This document shows, in pieces, positions 1 through 8,091 of a stretch of DNA of 64,000 bases (position 1 is the first letter of the stretch; each line of letters begins with the position of its first letter). Made by a program: the position numbers and the translations under genes. The stretch covers positions 24,461 through 88,460 of IMG/VR virus record IMGVR_UViG_3300005805_000060; one strand, given 5' to 3'. The notes beneath the pieces are model-generated. The model had not been told where the DNA came from, made no database searches, and worked only from the letters and a program-made list of their open reading frames with translations. The DNA comes from a virus (lineage: Duplodnaviria; Caudoviricetes).

Positions 1-155
1 CCTAGTAGGCCCACAAAACAATGAGATTCACGATAATCACTATTTTGCGCCCAGGAGCAGTGCGCATCAAACTCTTTTGCAGCAAGCACAGGATCCAACA
101 GCTCGTCGCCATAGATCCAGCTATCGCCAAACGCCACGATAGAGTTGAATTTCAT
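1..155 (-). CDS. Partial ORF running off the window edge, SGNH/GDSL-like N-terminus
   Basis: Not in the ORF track. Manual translation from ATG at 155 gives MKFNSIVAFGDSWIYGDELLDPV..., with an FGDS motif. The ATG overlaps the upstream stop (ATGA at 152-155). Confidence 0.6.
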   Translation of the reverse strand, partial: MKFNSIVAFGDSWIYGDELLDPVLAAKEFDAHCSWAQNSDYRESHCFVGLL

Positions 156-1225
156 CGGTATTGAAGGTCAGTTATGGCACCAGTGGTGATCAGAACCGTG
201 GCACGCTGGCTGCTCTGCTCTTGTATGGGTGTGTATCCTGATCCACCTGATGTAAGAGTGATAGTGCCAATACTACCATCTAGGCCCACTGTGGCCACTG
301 CTTTGGCACCGGCACCATTGCCTAGTATCTGTATACGGGGTGGCGCTATGTACCCTGAGCCTCGGTTGTTGATTGCGATGCCGGTGACCACTCCTTCAGG
401 CGACACCTGGGCAGTGGCTGATGCCCCATAGCCCTGGCTGCTGTTGAAACAGGCTCGCAACAGGGGATAGAACCCCACCACATTGAAATACTGTGTGCTG
501 GTTTCATCCAAGAAATTCCAGTTTTGTGTGACATCGTACCATACCGACTGATAGTCCTGAGCTGCCTGAAATTTCACGGTACCGGTATAGTGATCCATGT
601 CCATCTTGATGGTGGTGAGATTCTGTTGACTCGAATCGATATTGCTGCTGTAGAATTCGGTCATTTGAATCGCGTTCTGGGGCTGTGGATCGAGCGCCCA
701 ATCAGGCCAGTTGGTGGGACCTGAGGCCATCTGTTTGCCTTTGCCGTACACTGTGGGTATGGTCAAGGGAAAACTGGGCACGAACTCAGGCAAAACTGAA
801 TCAACAATGTTACAGTCGGCGCGAGCTTGGCTGTTGGCGTCTACCAGCACGGCCTGCACATAGTTTCCGGCTGCTCTTTGTATGCTGTAACTTGCAGGCT
901 GAGCCACCCAAGACCAAGTTTCTTCAGCTGAAATCACAGCCTTGGCTCGACCCACCGATGCTGCCAGGATCTCCATGGGCTTTTCGATCAGCAAGCGATC
1001 ACCGTTCTGGCTGAGCAAGCGGAACACGAATGAACTGCCCGTGATGTTGACTGGCTTTTGGTCTTGATTTATGAACTCAAACAAGAGCACATTGTCCACG
1101 CCCTTGTTAATGGTTAGACTTTTGGCATACACTAGGCTATACCTCATGTTGAAGTATCCACCGCTGGTATCTACAAGTAAAACTCGAGTAATATTTTGGT
1201 ATATATACGCAGTCGTCGAATACAT
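152..1225 (-). CDS. Probable virion structural protein
   Basis: 357 aa with Gly-rich GSGY beta-repeats near the C-terminus (RGSGYIAPP, GGSGYT). TAAATA and GAGG lie upstream. Confidence 0.5.
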   Translation of the reverse strand: MYSTTAYIYQNITRVLLVDTSGGYFNMRYSLVYAKSLTINKGVDNVLLFEFINQDQKPVNITGSSFVFRLLSQNGDRLLIEKPMEILAASVGRAKAVISAEETWSWVAQPASYSIQRAAGNYVQAVLVDANSQARADCNIVDSVLPEFVPSFPLTIPTVYGKGKQMASGPTNWPDWALDPQPQNAIQMTEFYSSNIDSSQQNLTTIKMDMDHYTGTVKFQAAQDYQSVWYDVTQNWNFLDETSTQYFNVVGFYPLLRACFNSSQGYGASATAQVSPEGVVTGIAINNRGSGYIAPPRIQILGNGAGAKAVATVGLDGSIGTITLTSGGSGYTPIQEQSSQRATVLITTGAITDLQYR

Positions 1226-1245
1226 AGGAACCTCAATATATATTT

Positions 1246-1623
1246 ATGGGCAATACCTTGTTTGCTAAATTAGCTGAAAAATATCCTTTTATCAGCCTCT
1301 GCGTCTATGCTGATGCCGAGTATGTGGGAGTGATCCAGAACAGGGATGATGCCGTGACCACCATCTATGATTTTGGTGTCATACAGCAACAAGTGGACAA
1401 GATACGGTATCTTGAACTGTCTGCAGTGTGGTGGTGGGAGAGCAATCGTAGCATACCCATCAATATCTTTCTGCGCAGCGAGTGGGAGCCTTTCCGCTAC
1501 ACTCTGCGCACTTTCAGCAACAAAGATCTAGAAATACTACACGGGCCGGTATGTAGTCTCATGGACATTGTGCGCAAAAAGTCAAAGCGCAAGTCGATCA
1601 CGCTGGTTCGACGCATTGACTAG
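1246..1623 (+). CDS. Hypothetical protein
   Basis: 125-aa ORF filling the gap, divergent from 152..1225, with natural protein composition. Confidence 0.7.
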   Translation: MGNTLFAKLAEKYPFISLCVYADAEYVGVIQNRDDAVTTIYDFGVIQQQVDKIRYLELSAVWWWESNRSIPINIFLRSEWEPFRYTLRTFSNKDLEILHGPVCSLMDIVRKKSKRKSITLVRRID

Positions 1624-2176
1624 ACAGTATGTTCATATGTAGTGCAACTAATGCCGCATAAGAAATTGAGTGGCTACGCTTGAACACATATCCGCGGCTG
1701 TCATCGCCGTCCCACACTGACGCAAACACTTCAGACCAGGGTCTGCCCTGTAAGTGAGCCTTGCCAGGGCGAATCACGGATATGAATGCAGCCATCCTGG
1801 GTATACTGTCGGGTCGCATACGAGTCAGGAGATCGGTATAGTTGCCCACGTGTACCAGTTGTTGTGCCCAGTCTGGATCGTTCCACAACCGGGTCCAGTC
1901 TGGCTGTTGCTGCATCAGCTGTTGATAATGCTCAGGATCGCGGATCGACTGATAAACTGTCATGTTTAGGATGTCAATCTTGAAATATCCCCTTTGTTCG
2001 GCTGTTTCATGATCTATAGCTGCACATCCCAGGAGTGGGTCCCGGGGTATGTCAGTGACATACACACCAGAATTGTGTCGACGATCGCCCTTCTGGCGGG
2101 CCGGAACATGATCAATCAGGCTCAATAGCCGTGTTCGATCAGGTACGTCGATATCGATGTCTGCACTTTTCACCAT
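1598..2176 (-). CDS. Miniature DNA polymerase III alpha (DnaE)-like catalytic core
   Basis: DnaE motifs in the correct order: ADIDID, HNSGVYV, GYFKIDIL, IRPG, GYVFKRSHSISYA. Only 192 aa. Confidence 0.75.
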   Translation of the reverse strand: MVKSADIDIDVPDRTRLLSLIDHVPARQKGDRRHNSGVYVTDIPRDPLLGCAAIDHETAEQRGYFKIDILNMTVYQSIRDPEHYQQLMQQQPDWTRLWNDPDWAQQLVHVGNYTDLLTRMRPDSIPRMAAFISVIRPGKAHLQGRPWSEVFASVWDGDDSRGYVFKRSHSISYAALVALHMNILSSQCVEPA

Positions 2177-2844
2177 CCGGCCCTTTTTAAGGTGTCTTTT
2201 ACAAACTCTTGATCAGCGAGATAATCTCGAAAACGTTTCTGCCAGGCATCGGCATCAATCCAGGGCCAGATCATGGTGATTTGATCTGGCTGTAAACGAC
2301 TCAGCAAGGCCTGTCCTGATTCAGAATTGTAAATCACCCAGGCACTGAGACGACCTGTAGTGACAGCATGACAAATAGAGTTGGTGCCGCCATAACGCAG
2401 ACAATCATGTGGAGGTGCAGCATTGTTTTCAGCCCAGTCTAGACTCCACTCGATGGCCCGGGTCAAGGCATCATCGGCTCGTTCTCGCTTGACGTAGTCC
2501 AGCAGAAACTCCTCATACTGGCGGTCCGACGCCCAGAGATCAATCTTGCGATTGTTTCGAAGCAGCCATTCCAGAAACTGTGTGGGATTGATCACTCGAG
2601 TGGTTACACAATACCTGCCCCACTTCACAAATGCACGGTAGTAGGGGCTGTCGCAAAAATCTTCGAACGTGCGGGTGCGCGCCGACCCTTGCGTGATCTC
2701 GTAGAAGCGTACATATGCCTGCAGACCCAGCTGCACACCGCGCTCACTGCGATCCAGTCTACGGCGCTTGGGCTCACACATGTGCACTGCGATGGTACTC
2801 TCGCGACGGAACTGGCGTTGACAAAATTCACACTGATATGTCAC
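2170..2844 (-). CDS. Hypothetical protein with N-terminal zinc finger
   Basis: N-terminal YQCEFCQRQFRRESTIAVHMC (C2H2/C2HC-like). Overlaps both neighbours. Confidence 0.6.
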   Translation of the reverse strand: MTYQCEFCQRQFRRESTIAVHMCEPKRRRLDRSERGVQLGLQAYVRFYEITQGSARTRTFEDFCDSPYYRAFVKWGRYCVTTRVINPTQFLEWLLRNNRKIDLWASDRQYEEFLLDYVKRERADDALTRAIEWSLDWAENNAAPPHDCLRYGGTNSICHAVTTGRLSAWVIYNSESGQALLSRLQPDQITMIWPWIDADAWQKRFRDYLADQEFVKDTLKRAGW

Positions 2845-3284
2845 CGTTGCCCCAGGTGCTCTACATGCTCGTCGATGTCTTTCTGCGTGGTGATAGCCAC
2901 CAACACATCTAGTTCAGGATCATCTAGATTGGGAAACAGCTCACTCAACTGTTTACGTATCTTGCTGTCGCCTCCGGCTTTTTTCTTGAGAGCGATCCAG
3001 GAGTGTTTGAGTGCTCCCATGTCTGGGCTCACTGTGGTGGCCAATAGCCATTGCAGCTTCTTGTGCCGAGCAGTATTCACAGCAAAGAACCTGTGATTCA
3101 GTCGTTTGTTGGTGCTGAGAAGATAATATTCCTGCAGGTCTGCGTTGCCTTCCACTGTGCTGCCCCATCGTATCATGAGATAGGGGCTGAACTTCTTCTG
3201 CTGGTCGGGTTCCAGTTGATCATAGAAGTCGCGGTTCTTGCGATCAAACTGCCGCATTTCGTTCTGTATGCTGAGTGGATCCAT
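2841..3284 (-). CDS. Probable clamp-loader small subunit (T4 gp62-like)
   Basis: 147 aa with KKFSPYLMIRW and a helical pattern resembling gp62-like proteins, in a replication gene context. Confidence 0.5.
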   Translation of the reverse strand: MDPLSIQNEMRQFDRKNRDFYDQLEPDQQKKFSPYLMIRWGSTVEGNADLQEYYLLSTNKRLNHRFFAVNTARHKKLQWLLATTVSPDMGALKHSWIALKKKAGGDSKIRKQLSELFPNLDDPELDVLVAITTQKDIDEHVEHLGQR

Positions 3285-3285
3285 G

Positions 3286-3786
3286 TTACCAGGCCTTGTT
3301 GTAATCGATCACTTCGCAGTTTCTCGAAATGTCCTTGACAAAGTACACACATTGTGGCACCGATTCATCTTCAATGGGCACTGCCAGCATCTGCCCGTTC
3401 TTGAGTTTGGGTGAGTACCATGTAACTTCGTGGTACACATCTAAGATCTCAATCTCAGGAAAACTGGGCCGAAAGTCTGTGAGCGGGTTGAACTGGAATG
3501 CCCGGAATCCGCGATCATTGATTGATGTCAAGGGCAGCACTTCAAGGTCTCCAATGTCAGGTTCTCCGATCAAGATTTGCCAGTCCATGGGCATCTTGAC
3601 AGTGTGTTCGCCAATCCTTAGTACCAGAGCCGGTGCAGTAAAACTCTCCAGGAAGATCAGGGGTATGTAGTGATAGTCAGGATTGGCGGGATCAGAGTTG
3701 TCTAGAATAGCAAATCTTAGATCGTCTATCTCGTCTGGCAGCGTGTCGAGCTCGTAGGGTTCATTATCCAAGGTCAGTATTTTCAT
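3286..3786 (-). CDS. Hypothetical protein, possibly an inactive Hint-like fold
   Basis: 166-aa ORF with its own sigma70-type promoter. The beta-strand pattern is discussed in findings. Confidence 0.6.
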   Translation of the reverse strand: MKILTLDNEPYELDTLPDEIDDLRFAILDNSDPANPDYHYIPLIFLESFTAPALVLRIGEHTVKMPMDWQILIGEPDIGDLEVLPLTSINDRGFRAFQFNPLTDFRPSFPEIEILDVYHEVTWYSPKLKNGQMLAVPIEDESVPQCVYFVKDISRNCEVIDYNKAW

Positions 3787-3792
3787 CTTGTT

Positions 3793-3821
3793 ACTATAGA
3801 GTAGATAAGGTAAAAAGTCAA
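3793..3821 (-). promoter_or_regulatory. Sigma70-type promoter, probably leaderless
   Basis: TTGACT-N17-TATAGT, ending 6 nt before the ATG at 3786. Confidence 0.7.
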
Positions 3822-4666
3822 GTAGTCATCCAGTCTAGCCGTTCGTGTGTAAACGGATAGTGTGCGTCTTTGTAATAGGCCTTGCGCTTGGTCAAGTGAC
3901 GTTTGGCAAATTTACAGGTGCTGGTCACATCCCAGATCTGCACATAATCTTTGTCTTCAGCTTTGCGAATGCCACGACCGATGCTCTGAATAACACGCAC
4001 AAAGCTCTTGCCAGGCTCCACCAGCACAAGATTAAAAATACGGGGAATGTTAATGCCCACTGCTGCAACACCGTAGGTGGCCACAATGATCTTGTCTGTC
4101 GCTTCCGCCACTTGGTCATAGTGATCCTGCCTTTCTAGAGACTTGGTAGCGCCGGATATGAATACTGCTCGGTCGCCCAGGCGCTCTACCAAGGCCTGTC
4201 CCGCAGCCACACGATCTACCAAGACCAGGGTATTGCCGGTCTCGTTCACGCGCTGTATCAGCTGAGCCATGGTGTCCAGTCTACCAGATTCTTCCAAGAG
4301 GTATTTAAGCTCACTTTGATAGTTCGAGAATTCTACTGGATCTACCAGCTGTACCACGTTCACGTGACACTGAGCCAAAACTCCCCGATCTTGCAGTTCG
4401 GCAGCGGCCAGGCGATGTATCACGGGGCCCAGGCTCACATGTATGGCCTGGAACTCAAAATCTTCCTTGGGTATGGTACCAGTGAGCCCCCAGCGAACAG
4501 GCACTTGCGACATCACTCCCGTGAGCAGAGTCTTGAGAGCATCGGCTTTGGCCATGTGACAATTGGATACTACTGCACCATTGACAACGTAATTGTGATC
4601 CTCTGCCACATGCAGATTGAACACCTCAATTGGTTTTTCAATCTCGGTTCTTTTTACCAGCTTCAT
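3818..4666 (-). CDS. uvsW: UvsW helicase part 3: IntC-2 (35 aa) plus helicase C-terminal extein
   Basis: MKLVKR...HNYVVNGAVVSN|CHMAK is followed by SF2 motifs GLTGT, ATYGVAAVGINIP and QSIGRGIR. Confidence 0.93.
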   Translation of the reverse strand: MKLVKRTEIEKPIEVFNLHVAEDHNYVVNGAVVSNCHMAKADALKTLLTGVMSQVPVRWGLTGTIPKEDFEFQAIHVSLGPVIHRLAAAELQDRGVLAQCHVNVVQLVDPVEFSNYQSELKYLLEESGRLDTMAQLIQRVNETGNTLVLVDRVAAGQALVERLGDRAVFISGATKSLERQDHYDQVAEATDKIIVATYGVAAVGINIPRIFNLVLVEPGKSFVRVIQSIGRGIRKAEDKDYVQIWDVTSTCKFAKRHLTKRKAYYKDAHYPFTHERLDWMTT

Positions 4667-5865
4667 ATATTTTCCTTATTTTGCGAGCAGTGCTAGCATC
4701 AAATCTGGTATAATCACAAGGCTCCGGATGATTACATAACCAGGTCTGATCAACCAAATTGAGTTGAAATCCGTTTAGCTGGGACCAGTCCCTCAATGCT
4801 TTTATTTTGGCATCAAATTTTGAACCACAGCATAATTCCTTGGGCTTTATCTCTGCTACCGTTTTGTTTTCATAGTCAACAAAGTCTACAATATAAACCT
4901 TGTTGGCTCCTTCAAATTGATATTCAATCCTGAGTTTTTCATAACACGCTGTTGGTACGTGATATTGATACAGTGTCTCCCAACTTGATCTATATCTAAT
5001 TCCATCCAATGTAGATTGCCAGTGTGTATTTCTGTTATTGGAATTTGGAGTGAATGTTCCCTCAAGTATTCGGGATTGCATGAGCCGTGATCGGTACTTT
5101 TTGTCTTTGTCTGACATAGATTTGCCGTACATTCCATTGCCTGCTCCTGAGTTTTTTCTGGCAATCGCATCTTTCACCGACTGTGGTCGAGGGCCAAGAG
5201 ATCCAATGGCCTGACCTTGGGTGCCTGCGTTCCATGATCGGCCGGTGTTGAGATTTTTTCTAATTTTTGAACCATGCTTAATCTGGCACACTCGCCCCCC
5301 AGCTGCTGATAGTAATGATTTGATTTCTTTCTCAGTACAAGTGCCGGCCAATAATGAATCTATGTTAGATACCCATTGATGAGTTCTTGAATTCATAACA
5401 CGTTTTTTGAACTTAGTAAAATCATTGCCCGATAACCTGTGTCCGGTAGATAAGACAAGAAACCCAAGACCAAACTCTATTACCCTTGTTACCTGTCCAA
5501 ATTCTAATAGACGACTGTTCAAACGTTCAATCCATTGCGCATAACTGATTTTCATAAATACCTCTGCTTTAGTCAAGCGTATTTATGATTTCGTGCTGAT
5601 CTGTGAGTTCGTCGGCACGGCACCATCCCAGATTAGTAAAAAATTTGTGGTTTCCGGTTACTTCAACTTGCATACCATTATCAAATTCTAACCGATACAT
5701 TCTTTCTGTCAGCGACGTGGTCAAGTTACAATGCTGTTTGACTATCACATCTTCCTTAAACTTTTTGGTTTTTTCGCAGTAATTGATTACGCGGTTACCG
5801 GCCTGCAGATCACGGATTGGTACATACCCGTCAGGAGTCAGCACCGGAGTATCACCCGCAAAACA
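4562..5865 (-). mobile_element. Split-intein/endonuclease cassette in UvsW Walker B (DE|CH)
   Basis: IntN CFAGDT...VTGNH (5865-5572, 98 aa), then an endonuclease ORF, then IntC ending SN (4666-4562). AT-richer than its flanks. Confidence 0.9.
4638..5555 (-). CDS. Free-standing homing endonuclease, PD-(D/E)XK TnsA-N-like with NUMOD3-like basic segment
   Basis: YRSSWE...YEKLRIEY...YIVDF...AEIKP, plus NSGAGNGMYGKSMS. The likely start is ATG 5555, after a GAGG SD. Confidence 0.8.
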   Translation of the reverse strand: MKISYAQWIERLNSRLLEFGQVTRVIEFGLGFLVLSTGHRLSGNDFTKFKKRVMNSRTHQWVSNIDSLLAGTCTEKEIKSLLSAAGGRVCQIKHGSKIRKNLNTGRSWNAGTQGQAIGSLGPRPQSVKDAIARKNSGAGNGMYGKSMSDKDKKYRSRLMQSRILEGTFTPNSNNRNTHWQSTLDGIRYRSSWETLYQYHVPTACYEKLRIEYQFEGANKVYIVDFVDYENKTVAEIKPKELCCGSKFDAKIKALRDWSQLNGFQLNLVDQTWLCNHPEPCDYTRFDASTARKIRKIYEAGKKNRD

Positions 5866-6549
5866 TTCATCAACTATGACGCAGACCACATCTTTCAGGA
5901 ATTCCTGGATGGTGCAATCGGCATCTCCATCGCGGCCGGCCTTGAGCAGCACATTGAGACTCTGCCAGGTACAAATGGTGTGTTGGCATCCCCACTCCTT
6001 GCGATCTCCAAAATACACGCCCACATCTAGACCCATGTTCACATAGTCTCGTTCGGTCTGAGTGACCAGACTCTTGTTGGGTACAATCACGATGCTTCGC
6101 CCATACGGTGTCACACGATCACTCAAGGCCGCAGTCATGATGGTGTTGTGGTGGATCAACCCATTGGCATCTACGTACAAGTGAGGGGCATCAATGGCTA
6201 TATCAAAACAGTCTTGATTATCCATGTGAGATATCTCTGTTACTGTTATTTTACCATTGAGGTGATCAACTGTTGATCCAACAGATAAATCTCCTGCAAA
6301 AATATCCCTGCCGTATTGTTGGAGGATATGTTGTTTTGCGACACGTATGGAATAATCGGTGTCAAAAGTCAGATTAACCATTGGTAAATCAAACTTTTTT
6401 ATAAGATGACTTACCTTTGCTTCCTTGTTTGGTGTTGGGACGGAGATTGCTAGCTCGCCAATATCTAATTCAACATTGTCTGACAGATCAGTTGATTTAA
6501 ATTCTTCAACGTATGCTGCAAGTTTACCAATCGATAATTTTACTTTCAT
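5569..6549 (-). CDS. uvsW: UvsW helicase part 2: IntC-1 (135 aa), 93-aa extein, IntN-2 (98 aa)
   Basis: ...LIHHN|TIMTAAL...IVPNKSLVTQ...VIVDE|CFAGDT.... The ATG at 6549 overlaps the upstream stop (ATGA). Confidence 0.93.
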   Translation of the reverse strand: MKVKLSIGKLAAYVEEFKSTDLSDNVELDIGELAISVPTPNKEAKVSHLIKKFDLPMVNLTFDTDYSIRVAKQHILQQYGRDIFAGDLSVGSTVDHLNGKITVTEISHMDNQDCFDIAIDAPHLYVDANGLIHHNTIMTAALSDRVTPYGRSIVIVPNKSLVTQTERDYVNMGLDVGVYFGDRKEWGCQHTICTWQSLNVLLKAGRDGDADCTIQEFLKDVVCVIVDECFAGDTPVLTPDGYVPIRDLQAGNRVINYCEKTKKFKEDVIVKQHCNLTTSLTERMYRLEFDNGMQVEVTGNHKFFTNLGWCRADELTDQHEIINTLD

Positions 6550-7647
6550 TTGATAAAATCCTTGCATTGTTTCACAGTGTTTTCGGGATCCAGAGTATAT
6601 TCGTGTTCCCAGATCACCAACACTTGATACCCGTTGTCTTGCAAATCTTTGACTTTTTTGGCATCATGATCCCAGATGTCGGCCACTGTCTTTTTCCTCA
6701 CCTGGTGTGATCCAGCATAAAATTTTGGGTTTCCGTGCCAGTAGTCGCCATAGTATTCTATGATCTTTTTACCATATAAAAAGTCAACACGGTGTACTTT
6801 TTTCTTTCCTCGAACGGTTTTTTCATTGGGGCCATAATAGCCAACTCCTAGATTTTCAAATAGTTCAAGGGATCTTTTGCTGCGATTAGCCACCATTCTC
6901 TTGTTACCATCTGAATTTAGCCATCGCTCGATTCGTTGATTGAATAGGTCTTCACCAGCGGCCCCATATTTTCTTTTATAAAACTCAATCCCATTGGTGG
7001 TTTGGATCTCTCTCACTTTGTTCGCGGCCTCCTCCGGTGTATGACCTTGCCTAATCCAATACTCGTGAGATCTAGCGGAGAATCCCCGAGAACCTTTCTT
7101 TGATGCCGGGGATCTAGACGATCTCTCTCGTTGAACCATCAAGACTTTTTCTAAAGCCTGAGTCTCAGAAAACCCTTGGTTGGTCCAAAAGTTGATCGTG
7201 TTCGGAAACCCTTTGCTCTTTTCTTGATTGGCCAACATCATTGCCAACTGAGTCTGGCTGGCAGTAAACATGCACTCTAGTTTACTTGCTTTCATCAGGT
7301 TAGTACCATCTTTAGAACATTTACACATGAGTCGAGCCAAGAAATTTCCGCGCCATATTCCAAGAGACAATTTGGTTCCGCACTTGTAACAGGTGCGGGT
7401 GCCTATTTCTAATCCTGATCTTATGAAATGTCGACTGGCATAAACTGGTGCATCCACAAAGTCGATTAGATTCCATTTGTTGATGTTGTTTAGAGTGCAT
7501 AATCGCAACCAACTTTTTTTAGCAAACTTGGTTGTTATTTCTTGTAACGTCATTACCCTGCTCCTGTTGTAATTTATTTATGATAAATTTACCAAAAGAA
7601 GAGTTTTCGTCAATCTCTAGACACAACTCAGTATCCCCTGCTAGGCA
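6145..7647 (-). mobile_element. Atypically split intein/endonuclease cassette in UvsW Walker A (GK|T)
   Basis: IntN CLAGDT... (42 aa, 7647-7522), then an endonuclease ORF, then IntC ending HHN (6549-6145). AT-richer than its flanks. Confidence 0.9.
6546..7553 (-). CDS. Free-standing homing endonuclease, Vsr/DUF559-like PD-(D/E)XK
   Basis: C-terminal VDFLYGKKIIEYYGDYWH...D..K...GYQVLVIWEHE. Internal repeats FWTNQGFSETQA and YWIRQGHTPEEA. AGGAG SD. Confidence 0.8.
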   Translation of the reverse strand: MTLQEITTKFAKKSWLRLCTLNNINKWNLIDFVDAPVYASRHFIRSGLEIGTRTCYKCGTKLSLGIWRGNFLARLMCKCSKDGTNLMKASKLECMFTASQTQLAMMLANQEKSKGFPNTINFWTNQGFSETQALEKVLMVQRERSSRSPASKKGSRGFSARSHEYWIRQGHTPEEAANKVREIQTTNGIEFYKRKYGAAGEDLFNQRIERWLNSDGNKRMVANRSKRSLELFENLGVGYYGPNEKTVRGKKKVHRVDFLYGKKIIEYYGDYWHGNPKFYAGSHQVRKKTVADIWDHDAKKVKDLQDNGYQVLVIWEHEYTLDPENTVKQCKDFIK

Positions 7648-8091
7648 CTTGCCCGCGCCGGTGGCAATCTCCTGAAGACTCTGTAGATTGGTCAAGAAGT
7701 TGTTGATGACCACAACTTGATAGTCGCGCAGCATTATGGGCTCGCCGGCCTGGGGATGTCCTTGGGGCCATACCCGATCTGCAAAGCTGCCTTCATGCAC
7801 TGGTTCTAGGGCAATGCGTGAGCTGTAGGTACGCTGATCATCAAGATCAATGTCGTAGTCAAATTCCTCTAGCACAGGCAATATTTCTGGCAAGAGATTG
7901 GTGTAACTGCTACCGCCCAACTGAAAAAAGCTCACACATCCATCCCAACGTCCTAGACGCACTGCTGGCAGATAGCGGGCATATGGCACCTGATACTTGA
8001 ACTTCTTTACCAGAGCTCGACGAGCATCAAGGTCGAGTCCTTCAATCTTGCAGTTGACTTCGTCACGAATTACTATAGTGGCTTTTTTCAT
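7519..8091 (-). CDS. uvsW: UvsW helicase part 1: N-extein (148 aa) plus IntN-1
   Basis: GRWDG, LRDYQ (Q motif) and ATGAGK, followed by CLAGDT and a stop. Confidence 0.93.
   Translation of the reverse strand: MKKATIVIRDEVNCKIEGLDLDARRALVKKFKYQVPYARYLPAVRLGRWDGCVSFFQLGGSSYTNLLPEILPVLEEFDYDIDLDDQRTYSSRIALEPVHEGSFADRVWPQGHPQAGEPIMLRDYQVVVINNFLTNLQSLQEIATGAGKCLAGDTELCLEIDENSSFGKFIINKLQQEQGNDVTRNNNQVC

Noticed and set aside
3818-8091. Frameshift, pseudogene or stop-codon-reassignment explanation for the broken helicase
   Set aside because: The breaks fall inside intein sequence, complete endonuclease ORFs intervene, and each downstream part has its own start. TAA, TAG and TGA all end genes at sensible boundaries in this window.
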